From NCBI GenBank assembly GCA_963675785.1, contig OY776562.1, positions 2,784,001-2,848,000 of the forward strand: a stretch of 64,000 nucleotides of DNA. The letters run 5' to 3'. The position numbers and the translations under genes were made by a program. Of this stretch, positions 40,074 through 48,973 are shown in pieces (within the stretch, counting starts at the first letter, position 1; the number at the start of each line of letters is the position of its first letter). The notes under the pieces are model-generated. The model saw only the letters and a list, made by a program, of their open reading frames with translations, did not search any database and was not told the origin of the DNA. The DNA is from Anaerolineae bacterium (GTDB taxonomy: Bacteria; Chloroflexota; Anaerolineae; UBA1429).

Positions 40074-40988
40074 GTGGATAGCCGTGAAACCCGTTGGGTC
40101 GAAATAGCTGTTGATGTGCCACGTAATGCTGTTGATGATATTGCTGGTGTTCTGGGGCGCCATTGTGCTGGCGGCGCTATCATTGAAGAATTGCGAGATC
40201 TTCCCGAAGGCCAGGTTAGCGAAACAGTAACCGTAAAAGGCTTTTTGCCGATCTGGGAAGAGGAAGAGCGGCAAAAAGTCGAGATTGCTCTCTTATTACT
40301 GTCCCGTGCAAACGATATCAGTGAGCCTCGAATCACGATTTTGGAGCCCAGGGATTGGGCCGAAGCATGGAAAAGCGGCTATACCGCCCAACGTATTGGT
40401 AAGCACATTCTCATCGTTCCCACCTGGCAAGAAGTTGATCTTCTTCCCGATGATGTGGTCATCAAGCTTGACCCTGGCATGGCCTTTGGAACAGGCCTTC
40501 ACGCTACAACGCGGCTTTGCCTGGCGGCAATGGAAGATAGCATCCCCGCTTTAGCGCGTGTGCTGGATGTGGGTACAGGTTCTGGCATTTTGGCCATTTT
40601 GGCAGCCCTACAAGGTGTGGAGCATGTTGATGCCATCGATAATGACCCAATTGCCGTCCGTACTGCACAAGACAACATTGCCCTGAACAATATGCAAGAC
40701 AAAATCACGGTTACTCTGGGAACGCTGGGAGCTACTGGTCATAGCGAAATCCCAAGACATCCTGGTACGGATTATGATGTTTTGTTGGTGAACATCCTTG
40801 CCGAGATCATCATTCAGATGGCCCCAGAAATCGGGCAGACTCTTGTACCCGGCGGAAAGATTATCGCTTCGGGTATCCTAACATCCAAGGCCGCTATTGT
40901 CGAAGACGCTCTCAACAAAGCCGGTATCATCATTGATGAGCACCCCTTTGAAGGCGAGTGGACTGCTCTCATCGGCCATAAGGAATAG
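40074..40988 (+). CDS. prmA: Ribosomal protein L11 methyltransferase
   Basis: LDPGMAFGTGLHATT, VLDVGTGSGIL; follows dnaJ. Confidence 0.95.
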   Translation: MDSRETRWVEIAVDVPRNAVDDIAGVLGRHCAGGAIIEELRDLPEGQVSETVTVKGFLPIWEEEERQKVEIALLLLSRANDISEPRITILEPRDWAEAWKSGYTAQRIGKHILIVPTWQEVDLLPDDVVIKLDPGMAFGTGLHATTRLCLAAMEDSIPALARVLDVGTGSGILAILAALQGVEHVDAIDNDPIAVRTAQDNIALNNMQDKITVTLGTLGATGHSEIPRHPGTDYDVLLVNILAEIIIQMAPEIGQTLVPGGKIIASGILTSKAAIVEDALNKAGIIIDEHPFEGEWTALIGHKE

Positions 40989-40994
40989 CTCAAC

Positions 40995-41717
40995 ATGCAG
41001 CGCTTCTTTGTCGATCCAGAAGTGATACGGGGAGATATGGCAATTCTTACAGACGCCATCTCCAAACAGCTCTATAATGTCCTGCGTCAAACTCCGGGAC
41101 AAGAGATCACACTTCTGGACAATACAGGAACGGCTTATCTGGCGATCATCGAGTCATGTTCATCCAAAGAGACACGATGCCTCATCTCCAAAACATGGCA
41201 GCCCGATACCGAACCCAACACGCATATTGTGCTTTTTCAGGCAATTCCCAAGAATCAGCGTATGGATATCGTGCTGCAAAAAGCGACAGAATTGGGAGTC
41301 AGTGCTTTTATTCCATTGATCTGTGAACATTCCGTGGTAAGGATAGACGCTAACAGCAGCAAGATCGAGCGATGGCAACGGATTGTTCAAGAGGCTGCCG
41401 AACAATCGGGTAGAGCGCGCATTCCAGAGGTTCAGCATCCTAAGACGCTGGCCGAGGCACTTGCAGGCTCGGTTGAAGACACACAAGTCATCATTCCGTG
41501 TCTTTCAAGGAACACAGTACCCCTCTCGCAAGTGTCCCTTTCAGAAAAGCTCCACATTTTTATAGGGCCAGAAGGCGGTTTCTCAGCCCAAGAACTCGAT
41601 ATAGCAAAAGAGCGGGGCGCACATCTCGTCTCACTTGGAAAACGTATCTTGCGTTCAGAAACGGCGGGCATTGTTGCCAGTGCCCTAGCTTTGTATCAGA
41701 GAGGTGAACTAGACTAG
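40995..41717 (+). CDS. rsmE: 16S rRNA m3U1498 methyltransferase
   Basis: QKATELGV, EAAEQSGR, IGPEGGF, LGKRILRSETA. Confidence 0.95.
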   Translation: MQRFFVDPEVIRGDMAILTDAISKQLYNVLRQTPGQEITLLDNTGTAYLAIIESCSSKETRCLISKTWQPDTEPNTHIVLFQAIPKNQRMDIVLQKATELGVSAFIPLICEHSVVRIDANSSKIERWQRIVQEAAEQSGRARIPEVQHPKTLAEALAGSVEDTQVIIPCLSRNTVPLSQVSLSEKLHIFIGPEGGFSAQELDIAKERGAHLVSLGKRILRSETAGIVASALALYQRGELD

Positions 41718-41746
41718 ACAGAGTCACCATCTCTATAGGTAAGCAA

Positions 41747-43189
41747 ATGCCCTCTTTGAGATTGACTTCTTCTGATCACATTAGAGACCGATGGAGCATC
41801 GGCCATGTGATGCTGTGCTGCCTGATGCTGTTACTCCTCACTTTATTATTAACAAGTTGTCGTTTCTTTGCGCCCTCAGAGGTGTCAGAACCCGTTTTAG
41901 CCCCTACATCATCCGTATTCGAAGAGACGCCTATACCTGTTACCACACCTTCTCTTCTTCCCCTAGAAACTACGCCGACGCCTTCTCCTCGTCCAACATC
42001 GCGTTCGGACTATGAGACTGTAACCCTATGGCATAGTCTCTCCCCGGACTCCCCCGAGGGACAGGCTTTGTCAGAATCTCTGGCTCGATTCGAGCAGGAG
42101 TATCCTCAGATTGTCGTCCTCGATCGCTATCGAGGTACAGATACACAGCTTTCAGAGATTCTATACGAGGCTGTCACAAATCTGAACATGCCCGATGTCG
42201 TCATTACCTCGTCCGGAACAATGGCCGAGTTGGCCAAAAGCGATGCCCTTGTTTCACTAGATGGCTTTTTGAACTGGGAACAAGACGAAGAGACCGAGTT
42301 TGAACACATCCTTTCCTCTCTGGGTTCCTGCTATGGCTGTGATGCGGGTATCTATTCGCTTCCCTATATGATTGACTCAATTGGTCTATGGTATAATCCG
42401 GAAATTTTAGACGGTCTGGGCATTGAAAAAGTACCGACGACCTGGCAAGAGTTTTCCATGACCTGCCAGTACATAAGCAGCTCTTTGGGCTCACCCGCCT
42501 TGTTGCTTGTACCTGATGGTAGGGTAGCACTAGCACTTGTTCTTAGCAGCGGTGAAATACCAACTGCAGAATCCCCTTTCTTTGAGCTGGGAGAAAATAC
42601 CTCCAGCGTACTTGAAACCATCCAGAACTTGGCTTGGGCCAACTCGATTCTGCTAGAAATGGATCAAGAAAATGCACTCAATCTGTTTCTGAATGGAGAA
42701 ATCCCATTCTGCATTTCTGGTACTGATTTCTTGAGTTCAGACGAGCTTGCTGCAAGCCAAATAGAGATTGCCCCTTTGCCGCAGTTAAATGCATCAGAGG
42801 CCACAAGTCTTGTCTACGGCTGGCATATCGGCATTAGTAAGGATGCTTCAGAATCCCGTGAACCTTCGTGGACGCTGGTACAATATTTGACATCAACACA
42901 AGAAGCCGCAGAAATCGCTCAAACCTCTGGACATCCGCCCGTAAGCCATCTGGCACTCTCTCTTGTAGGTACAGACGTTGCCCAGGAGCAAATGCTCTAC
43001 TCTAAAGCCAATGTCTTTTATGATAGTGAGCCCCTTGGTGAAAGCATAATAGGGATCGATGGAATCAAGGCAGTTCTTTCCCAAGTTTTAGTTGACATAA
43101 CAAGCGGGTCATATGTACCAAACGAGGCCCTCAAGCTGGCCCGTTCCAACATCTTGCGGCTGATTGCTTACTATGGCGTCACGCCTTGA
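41747..43189 (+). CDS. Extracellular solute-binding lipoprotein (sugar/G3P type)
   Basis: Lipobox LLTSC, PT linker, VTLWHS, IYSLPY, LWYN, PTTWQE; true start may be about 41809. Confidence 0.8.
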   Translation: MPSLRLTSSDHIRDRWSIGHVMLCCLMLLLLTLLLTSCRFFAPSEVSEPVLAPTSSVFEETPIPVTTPSLLPLETTPTPSPRPTSRSDYETVTLWHSLSPDSPEGQALSESLARFEQEYPQIVVLDRYRGTDTQLSEILYEAVTNLNMPDVVITSSGTMAELAKSDALVSLDGFLNWEQDEETEFEHILSSLGSCYGCDAGIYSLPYMIDSIGLWYNPEILDGLGIEKVPTTWQEFSMTCQYISSSLGSPALLLVPDGRVALALVLSSGEIPTAESPFFELGENTSSVLETIQNLAWANSILLEMDQENALNLFLNGEIPFCISGTDFLSSDELAASQIEIAPLPQLNASEATSLVYGWHIGISKDASESREPSWTLVQYLTSTQEAAEIAQTSGHPPVSHLALSLVGTDVAQEQMLYSKANVFYDSEPLGESIIGIDGIKAVLSQVLVDITSGSYVPNEALKLARSNILRLIAYYGVTP

Positions 43190-44738
43190 TAGGAGCCCGA
43201 TTTTGAGTTTCTTTATTGGTATTGATATCGGAACTACAAACACCAAAGCCGTCGCCTTTAATCCAGATGGACAGGTTATTGGACGAGCATCCCGCCCAAC
43301 ACCTGTTCAAAATCTGGGAAACCGTCAGGCGTTATACGCTCCCCAAAAGTTATGGGAAGCTGTTGTTGGAGCACTAAAAGACCTTGAAGAGCAAATTCCG
43401 AATTCCCATGCGCTCGGTATTTGCGTGGCCAGCATCGGTGAATCCGGTATTCCCCTCGATTATGCGGGGCTCCCTTGCTTTCCCTCCATTGCCTGGTTCG
43501 ATGAAAGAACCTTGCCTCAGGCAGCGTGGTGGGAAAACAGGATGGGGAAAAAGGAGATATTCCAAAACACTGGCCTCTCCCTCAGTCACATTTTTTCGTT
43601 GAACAAGCTCATGTGGTTGAGATCCCGCGAACCGGATGTTTTTACCAGAACCCGACGATGGCTGTGTATCTCGGACTATATCGCCTATAGGCTGTGCGGA
43701 GAGCAGGCTACAGGCTATTCCCTAGCATCCCGAACCATGGCCTTTGATCCGCTCAAAGCATGCTGGTCCAAAGAAATGCTGGCAGCAGCAACGATTTCAG
43801 AACAGCTGTGGCCGCAACCTCTACAAGAGGGGGCATTGTTGGGCATCGTCCTGCCAGAAATTGCGCAGGACATCTCCATGCTCAGCGAGACGCCCGTTTA
43901 TGTGGGGGGACACGATCATGTGGTGGCCGCACTTGCTGTAGGGGCGATCGAACCGGGTATCATGATTGATTCCACAGGAACCACAGAAACCGAAATGGTC
44001 GCTCTCAAGAGTATTGACAAGGCCTTGAACGAGAGCAACACTTCGTTCTGCCTAGGCCGCCATGTCGTCAAAGACAGATACTATGCCATCGCAGGCATCC
44101 TCGGTGCGGGCAGCATGATTCAGTGGATGGGCAGACTTTTGTATGGTTCAGAAGTCTCAAGAGATGATAGTATTGCCATGCTGACTCAGGCGGCTCGAAC
44201 CAGTTCTGTTGGTTCAAAAGGATTGTGGATTCTGCCACATATGGCCGGCAAAGGAGCGCCAAATCGTGATGAAGCCAGCAAGGCTGTTATCACCGGCCTG
44301 GGCTTGGATCATACCCATCAGGATATTGCTCGAGCCACCATCGAGGGATTGGCCTACGAACTGGCCTATCTTTGGGAAGCTCTAGAAGGCTTTACAGGAC
44401 AGCCTTCTCTGCGCACAATCTCTGTAGGGGGAGGATCGCAGAACGAATTCTGGATGCAGATCAAAGCGGACGTAACCAATCGTACGTTGTATGTTGCTTC
44501 TGAGGCAGAAGCTGTAGCAAAAGGAGCCGCTATGCTGGCTGGCATTGGACACGGCCTATGGCCCGACGCTCAAACTGCTGTAGAAGCCTGGCAAAGTAAT
44601 AGCTCGACTATTGTTCCAGATTCTGAGACAGCCAAAGAATATGCCCGACTTTGCTCTACGCTTCAGGGCATTCGCCCTATAGCACATGCTCTTGAACAAG
44701 GTTCCAAGCTCTTAAACCACCAATCGTCGGTAGGGTAG
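43164..44738 (+). CDS. FGGY family carbohydrate kinase (xylulokinase-like)
   Basis: GIDIGTTNTK, IAWFDER, GGHDH, STGTT, GGGSQN; start likely about 43203. Confidence 0.9.
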   Translation: MLTMASRLDRSPILSFFIGIDIGTTNTKAVAFNPDGQVIGRASRPTPVQNLGNRQALYAPQKLWEAVVGALKDLEEQIPNSHALGICVASIGESGIPLDYAGLPCFPSIAWFDERTLPQAAWWENRMGKKEIFQNTGLSLSHIFSLNKLMWLRSREPDVFTRTRRWLCISDYIAYRLCGEQATGYSLASRTMAFDPLKACWSKEMLAAATISEQLWPQPLQEGALLGIVLPEIAQDISMLSETPVYVGGHDHVVAALAVGAIEPGIMIDSTGTTETEMVALKSIDKALNESNTSFCLGRHVVKDRYYAIAGILGAGSMIQWMGRLLYGSEVSRDDSIAMLTQAARTSSVGSKGLWILPHMAGKGAPNRDEASKAVITGLGLDHTHQDIARATIEGLAYELAYLWEALEGFTGQPSLRTISVGGGSQNEFWMQIKADVTNRTLYVASEAEAVAKGAAMLAGIGHGLWPDAQTAVEAWQSNSSTIVPDSETAKEYARLCSTLQGIRPIAHALEQGSKLLNHQSSVG

Positions 44739-44741
44739 CAT

Positions 44742-47700
44742 ATGCCTCAAGACTATCCACTCATTCGCACAAAAACCATAGTCCCTCGGCTTCGGGACTC
44801 TCTTGTTCCGCGCCAACGACTCGTCGATCTATTACACAGCAATATTCATAACAAGCTGGTTCTTATCTCGGCAGGGGCAGGATACGGCAAAACTTCATTG
44901 CTCAACCAGTATGCTCATGATGCCGGAATTCCTGTCTGTTGGTATAGCCTGGATGAGAACGATAATAGTCTTGGTACCTTTAGCCGTTACCTGGTCCGTT
45001 CCATCCAGGAACAATTCCCTGCTTTTGGCCAAAGCGTTCTCACTTATCTACAGGATGTTGGAGCATTAGCAGATGTTGAACCTCTCGTAGGATTATTCCT
45101 CCAAGAGATAGAGTCCCATGCAAATCAGTTCTTTGCCCTGCTGTTGGATGACTATCATCAAGTTATACAAAGCGAGCCAGTCAATGCGTTGTTGGATGGC
45201 TTGTTGCGCTATCTGCCCGATCAATGCCACATCGTTTTAGCCTCGCGAGGCGTTCCCAGGCGCCTTACACTTTCTCGATTGGCCGCCCGCCAAGAAATAG
45301 CTGGATTTGGCGCCAGCGAATTGTGCTTTAACAGCGAGGAAATCAGAATGCTCCTCGCAAACATGGGGCACCTCGATCTGGATGAAAAAGAAATCGAGGC
45401 CATTGCCCAAAGAACAGAAGGCTGGGTGACGGGCATCATCCTTACCGCCCAAACTAGCTTGACCGACTCTGTTCGCGATATTTTGCATATCGTAGGGTCA
45501 AACGAAGGCGTATTTGATTATCTGGCTGAAGAAATCCTCTCGCAGCAGACGCATGAGGTGCAAGAGTTTCTTCTTGCGACATCTCTATTCCAACAAATGA
45601 CACCGAGCCTTTGTAATGCGCTGCTCGACATAGATCAATCGAGTCAGATTTTGCGGTATCTCGTTGAGGAAAACCTCTTTACCGTCTCTCTGGATGCCGG
45701 CAGCAAATGGTACGAATATCATCAACTGTTTCGCGAATTCCTGCGCACCCGCCTGGAAAGAGAAGACCCTGAGCTTTTCCGAGCCTTGTGCCTTAAACAA
45801 GCACAGCTTGTTTCGACGCAAGGAGATTGGGCGCAGGCCATTTCCAGTTATCTCACCGTACAAGCCTATGAACAAGCTGCCGAAGCCTTGGAAATCGTCG
45901 TTCAAGAAGGGTTCGTTTCTGGCGATTATGCCCAACTGGACATCTGGTTCGATCAATTTACCGATCAGCTTCTCAACAAGCATCCTCGACTTTTGCTCTT
46001 TCGTTCACGTGTAGCAACAGAGCGCGGCAATGCCACAGAAGCCGAACGTATCGCCCAGCAAGCCTATGCCGCCGCATGCGACCTACATGATGACGCCTCG
46101 GCTGCCCGCTCGTTGGTGCAATTGGCCGTATTGAGACGCTTTCAGGGCAAGCCGGCAGAAGCCATCAGCTTTTCAGAAAAGGCGCTTGCCCTGGTTGATC
46201 CTCAAGATCTGATTACCGCAGAACAGGCTCATCGTGATATTGGCATATCTCTCTGTATGCAAGGAGATATGGCTGGCGGCGTAGAGGAACTAGAAAAAGC
46301 TCTCGAGATCGCAATCAGCATACCCAACGAAACCGAAGTAGCTCTCATTTCTGCTGATATTGGTTCTGCAGAAATCATCCGGGGGCATCTCGAAAAAGCT
46401 AGACGCCACTATCATCAGTCGCTTCTTTATTGGCGTAGAACTGGCAATGATGCCAGATTAGCGCATACGCTACAAAGTCTGGGCCTGATTCATCACTATA
46501 TGGGCCAGTATGCCGAAGCCGAAAATCGCTTTGAGGAAAGCCTCAACAAAGCTAAGAGTGTCTCTGATTTACGAATACAAGCTTATGCCTTGACCAGCCT
46601 CGGGGACATGTACCGAGATATGCGTAGGTATGATCAAGCATCAACAGAATATGAACTTGCTTATGCTTGCGCTAACGAGGGGGCTCTAACCCCCATGATT
46701 AGTTACGCCATGTGTATGCGCGGAGATACACTCAGATTGAAGGGCGAATTAGATCTTGCGCATCAGGTATTGCTAGAAGCGCAAGATCAACTTAGTCCTG
46801 AAGAAATGCCCTTTGAACAGGGAATTTGCGATTTGGCTATGGGCGCCTATTTTCTCGAAACGAGCAATCTTCAGAAAGCTGAAGATCATTTGCGCCACGC
46901 ATTGGAGCTACTACAGGCAAGTAACAGTACACGGGATGTGGCCCGAACACACCTCTACCTGGCTAATCTTGCTTATAAACGGGGGCAAAGAGAAGAACTT
47001 GATGCACAGATATCCAATGCTGTAAGTTACGTTCAAGCGTTGGGAACAAGCCAGTTCATCGTCGCTGAGTCCGTCTCGATGATCGATATGCTCTATGCCT
47101 GCTCTCACGAGCGCCAGGGCAGATTTGATTTCGCCGAGATTTTCAACGCCATCGATACTTTGATCCATAAACCAGCCCTCGACATTAATTCAATTCTTTA
47201 TCAGATATCACTCCTTTCCCTGGATAACAACCGCATCTTGAAGGATAATGCCTTGGTGACCGACTGGGAATCAGAGATCGCCAAGCTCATGGTCTTTTTA
47301 TTCGCAGAGAACCCTACCGGCCTCAGACGAGACCGCGTCATCGATTTGCTTTGGCCTGAAGCCACACCTGCCAGGGGCAATTCGTTATTCCACTCAACTC
47401 TTTACCGATTGCGCTCTTCTCTGGGCAAAGATTTTATTATTCACAGCAAAGGGCTATACCTCCTCAACCCCGATATCTCTTGCTATTATGATACCCGCCG
47501 ATTGCAGGAATGCTTTGCTCAGGGACGCAATTCGGGGGATATGGCACATATCGCCCGACAAGAGGCTCTCAACATCTATCACACACCTTTTCTTGACCCC
47601 TTTGATCTGGAATGGTGCACTCAAAAGAGGGATCAATTACATGCACAGATGCTGGAATTAGTCATCTCAGAAGCACTGTACCAACTCCATACGGGCGACA

Positions 47701-47936
47701 TGGATACGTCAGAAAGCCTGTTCATCCGCGCCAGAGGGCTTGAGCCTTTTGATGAACGAGCCTATAGGGGCGTGATGTGGTGCAGGGCATCGCGCAATGA
47801 CAGAGCCGGGGCACTGCGCGAGTACAAGGAATGTGAAGTGATTTTGGCCAAAGAACTGGATGTCGAACCCTCTCTTGAGACGCTGGAGCTATACGATGCT
47901 ATTACCAATGGGGTTCCCTTGCCGCCGCTCGAATAA
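44742..47936 (+). CDS. Large transcriptional regulator: MalT-like STAND ATPase + TPR array + C-terminal SARP (wHTH-BTAD) module
   Basis: RTKTIVP..RQRL, AGAGYGKT, LLDDYH, TEGWVTG, YEYHQLF; TPR helices; RDRVIDLLWPE...STLYRLR; EPFDERAYR...LDVEPS. Confidence 0.88.
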   Translation: MPQDYPLIRTKTIVPRLRDSLVPRQRLVDLLHSNIHNKLVLISAGAGYGKTSLLNQYAHDAGIPVCWYSLDENDNSLGTFSRYLVRSIQEQFPAFGQSVLTYLQDVGALADVEPLVGLFLQEIESHANQFFALLLDDYHQVIQSEPVNALLDGLLRYLPDQCHIVLASRGVPRRLTLSRLAARQEIAGFGASELCFNSEEIRMLLANMGHLDLDEKEIEAIAQRTEGWVTGIILTAQTSLTDSVRDILHIVGSNEGVFDYLAEEILSQQTHEVQEFLLATSLFQQMTPSLCNALLDIDQSSQILRYLVEENLFTVSLDAGSKWYEYHQLFREFLRTRLEREDPELFRALCLKQAQLVSTQGDWAQAISSYLTVQAYEQAAEALEIVVQEGFVSGDYAQLDIWFDQFTDQLLNKHPRLLLFRSRVATERGNATEAERIAQQAYAAACDLHDDASAARSLVQLAVLRRFQGKPAEAISFSEKALALVDPQDLITAEQAHRDIGISLCMQGDMAGGVEELEKALEIAISIPNETEVALISADIGSAEIIRGHLEKARRHYHQSLLYWRRTGNDARLAHTLQSLGLIHHYMGQYAEAENRFEESLNKAKSVSDLRIQAYALTSLGDMYRDMRRYDQASTEYELAYACANEGALTPMISYAMCMRGDTLRLKGELDLAHQVLLEAQDQLSPEEMPFEQGICDLAMGAYFLETSNLQKAEDHLRHALELLQASNSTRDVARTHLYLANLAYKRGQREELDAQISNAVSYVQALGTSQFIVAESVSMIDMLYACSHERQGRFDFAEIFNAIDTLIHKPALDINSILYQISLLSLDNNRILKDNALVTDWESEIAKLMVFLFAENPTGLRRDRVIDLLWPEATPARGNSLFHSTLYRLRSSLGKDFIIHSKGLYLLNPDISCYYDTRRLQECFAQGRNSGDMAHIARQEALNIYHTPFLDPFDLEWCTQKRDQLHAQMLELVISEALYQLHTGDMDTSESLFIRARGLEPFDERAYRGVMWCRASRNDRAGALREYKECEVILAKELDVEPSLETLELYDAITNGVPLPPLE

Positions 47937-47956
47937 TAAAGCTTCTCCTTCACTGC

Positions 47957-47994
47957 ACAAAAAGAGATTTCCCTCAAAGGAAATCTCTTTTTGT
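47957..47994 (+). terminator. Intrinsic terminator after the regulator
   Basis: ACAAAAAGAGATTTCC-6 nt-GGAAATCTCTTTTTGT. Confidence 0.85.
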
Positions 47995-48002
47995 TATTCT
48001 TA

Positions 48003-48036
48003 CGTGAGTGTTTCGTGAGTGCCTCTGGAATATGAT
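48003..48036 (+). promoter_or_regulatory. Putative SARP-activated promoter: CGTGAGTG direct repeat (11-bp period) + -10 TATGAT
   Basis: CGTGAGTG at 48003-48010 and 48014-48021; TATGAT at 48031-48036; no consensus -35. Confidence 0.65.
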
Positions 48037-48067
48037 TAGGGAAGAATCGTTCATGGAGGTATATGTA

Positions 48068-48175
48068 ATGAAAAAGACCTATTACACCATCGTCTATATC
48101 GTGCTCTCTCTCACAGCTCTGGTTATGGCCAGCGGCGCCCCAGTTGCCTTCGGCGGCAGCGGCACCGGCGGCTGA
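48068..48175 (+). CDS. 35-aa peptide precursor, copy 1 (MKKTYYTIVYIVLSLTALVMASGAPVAFGGSGTGG); not in the ORF track
   Basis: GGAGG RBS at 48055-48059; signal-peptide-like; duplicated with synonymous changes only. Confidence 0.85.
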   Translation: MKKTYYTIVYIVLSLTALVMASGAPVAFGGSGTGG

Positions 48176-48221
48176 TCTCTCACCTGTCCATATCCATCAT
48201 TCCTAATTGGGAGAAACAACA

Positions 48222-48329
48222 ATGAAAAAGACCTATTACACCATCGTCTATATCGTGCTCTCTCTCACGGCTCTGGTTATGGCCAGCGGCGCCCCAGTTG
48301 CCTTCGGCGGCAGCGGCACTGGCGGCTGA
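48222..48329 (+). CDS. 35-aa peptide precursor, copy 2 (identical protein); not in the ORF track
   Basis: GGGAGA RBS at 48209-48214; differs from copy 1 at Thr16 (ACA/ACG) and Thr33 (ACC/ACT). Confidence 0.85.
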   Translation: MKKTYYTIVYIVLSLTALVMASGAPVAFGGSGTGG

Positions 48330-48354
48330 TCAAACAGTCTATTGATGCCTTGCG

Positions 48355-48969
48355 ATGATACTTTTAGTTGCCGTCATTTTCTCGATCGCCATCGCGCTCA
48401 TTCGAGGCGGATCCTTTAACAATCTGGGGCAGGTTAAATTCAGATACGGGTGGCTCGCCATTCTAGCCTTTGCTCTGCAAGCCGTCATCATCTGGGCTCC
48501 CCTCGAATCCGGCAATGGTTTAACGCATCCAAGAACTCTTTTATTGCTCGGATCGTACGGAATTCTTGTGGCAGTCGTCTTGTTGAATCGTAAGCTAGCA
48601 GGCATTATCATCATCGGTTTGGGACTTTTACTCAACCTGACCGTAATGGTCGCTAATGACGGATTTATGCCCGTTGATTCCTCTGTCCTCAGAACAGCAG
48701 GTCTTGAAGAATTAGCCCTATCTGATGAGACGGGTTCCCGGCTCACATCAACCAAAGATATTCTGCTCCCGCGAGAACAGACCAATCTTTGGGTTCTAAG
48801 TGACATATTCGTTATTCCCGCCAATTGGCCCCTGTCTACGATCTTTAGCATCGGCGACGTTTTCTTGGCGATAGGCGTGTTCGTTTTTCTTCAGCGGTAC
48901 CTATCAAAATCGCCCGCCATGCAGAACAGTGAACAAACCAGTCCTGTCGACCCAGATTTTGAGGAGTAA
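48355..48969 (+). CDS. DUF5317-like membrane protein
   Basis: RGGS..L N-terminus, GLLLNLTVMVANDGFMPV, LSDIF, IFSIGDVFLAIG; about 5 TM helices. Confidence 0.8.
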   Translation: MILLVAVIFSIAIALIRGGSFNNLGQVKFRYGWLAILAFALQAVIIWAPLESGNGLTHPRTLLLLGSYGILVAVVLLNRKLAGIIIIGLGLLLNLTVMVANDGFMPVDSSVLRTAGLEELALSDETGSRLTSTKDILLPREQTNLWVLSDIFVIPANWPLSTIFSIGDVFLAIGVFVFLQRYLSKSPAMQNSEQTSPVDPDFEE

Positions 48970-48973
48970 TAGC

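Larger units (their letters stand above)
48068..48329 (+). repeat. Tandem duplication of a 108-bp coding unit (154-bp offset)
   Basis: 106/108 nt identical; similarity essentially confined to ATG..TGA. Confidence 0.95.

Noticed and set aside
48068-48329. The duplication as a CRISPR array or mobile-element repeat
   Set aside because: Only two 108-bp units, bounded by ATG and TGA with synonymous differences; no cas or transposase genes.
48339-48851. 170-aa minus-strand ORF over the DUF5317-like gene
   Set aside because: No recognisable motifs; the plus-strand ORF has family motifs and operon context.
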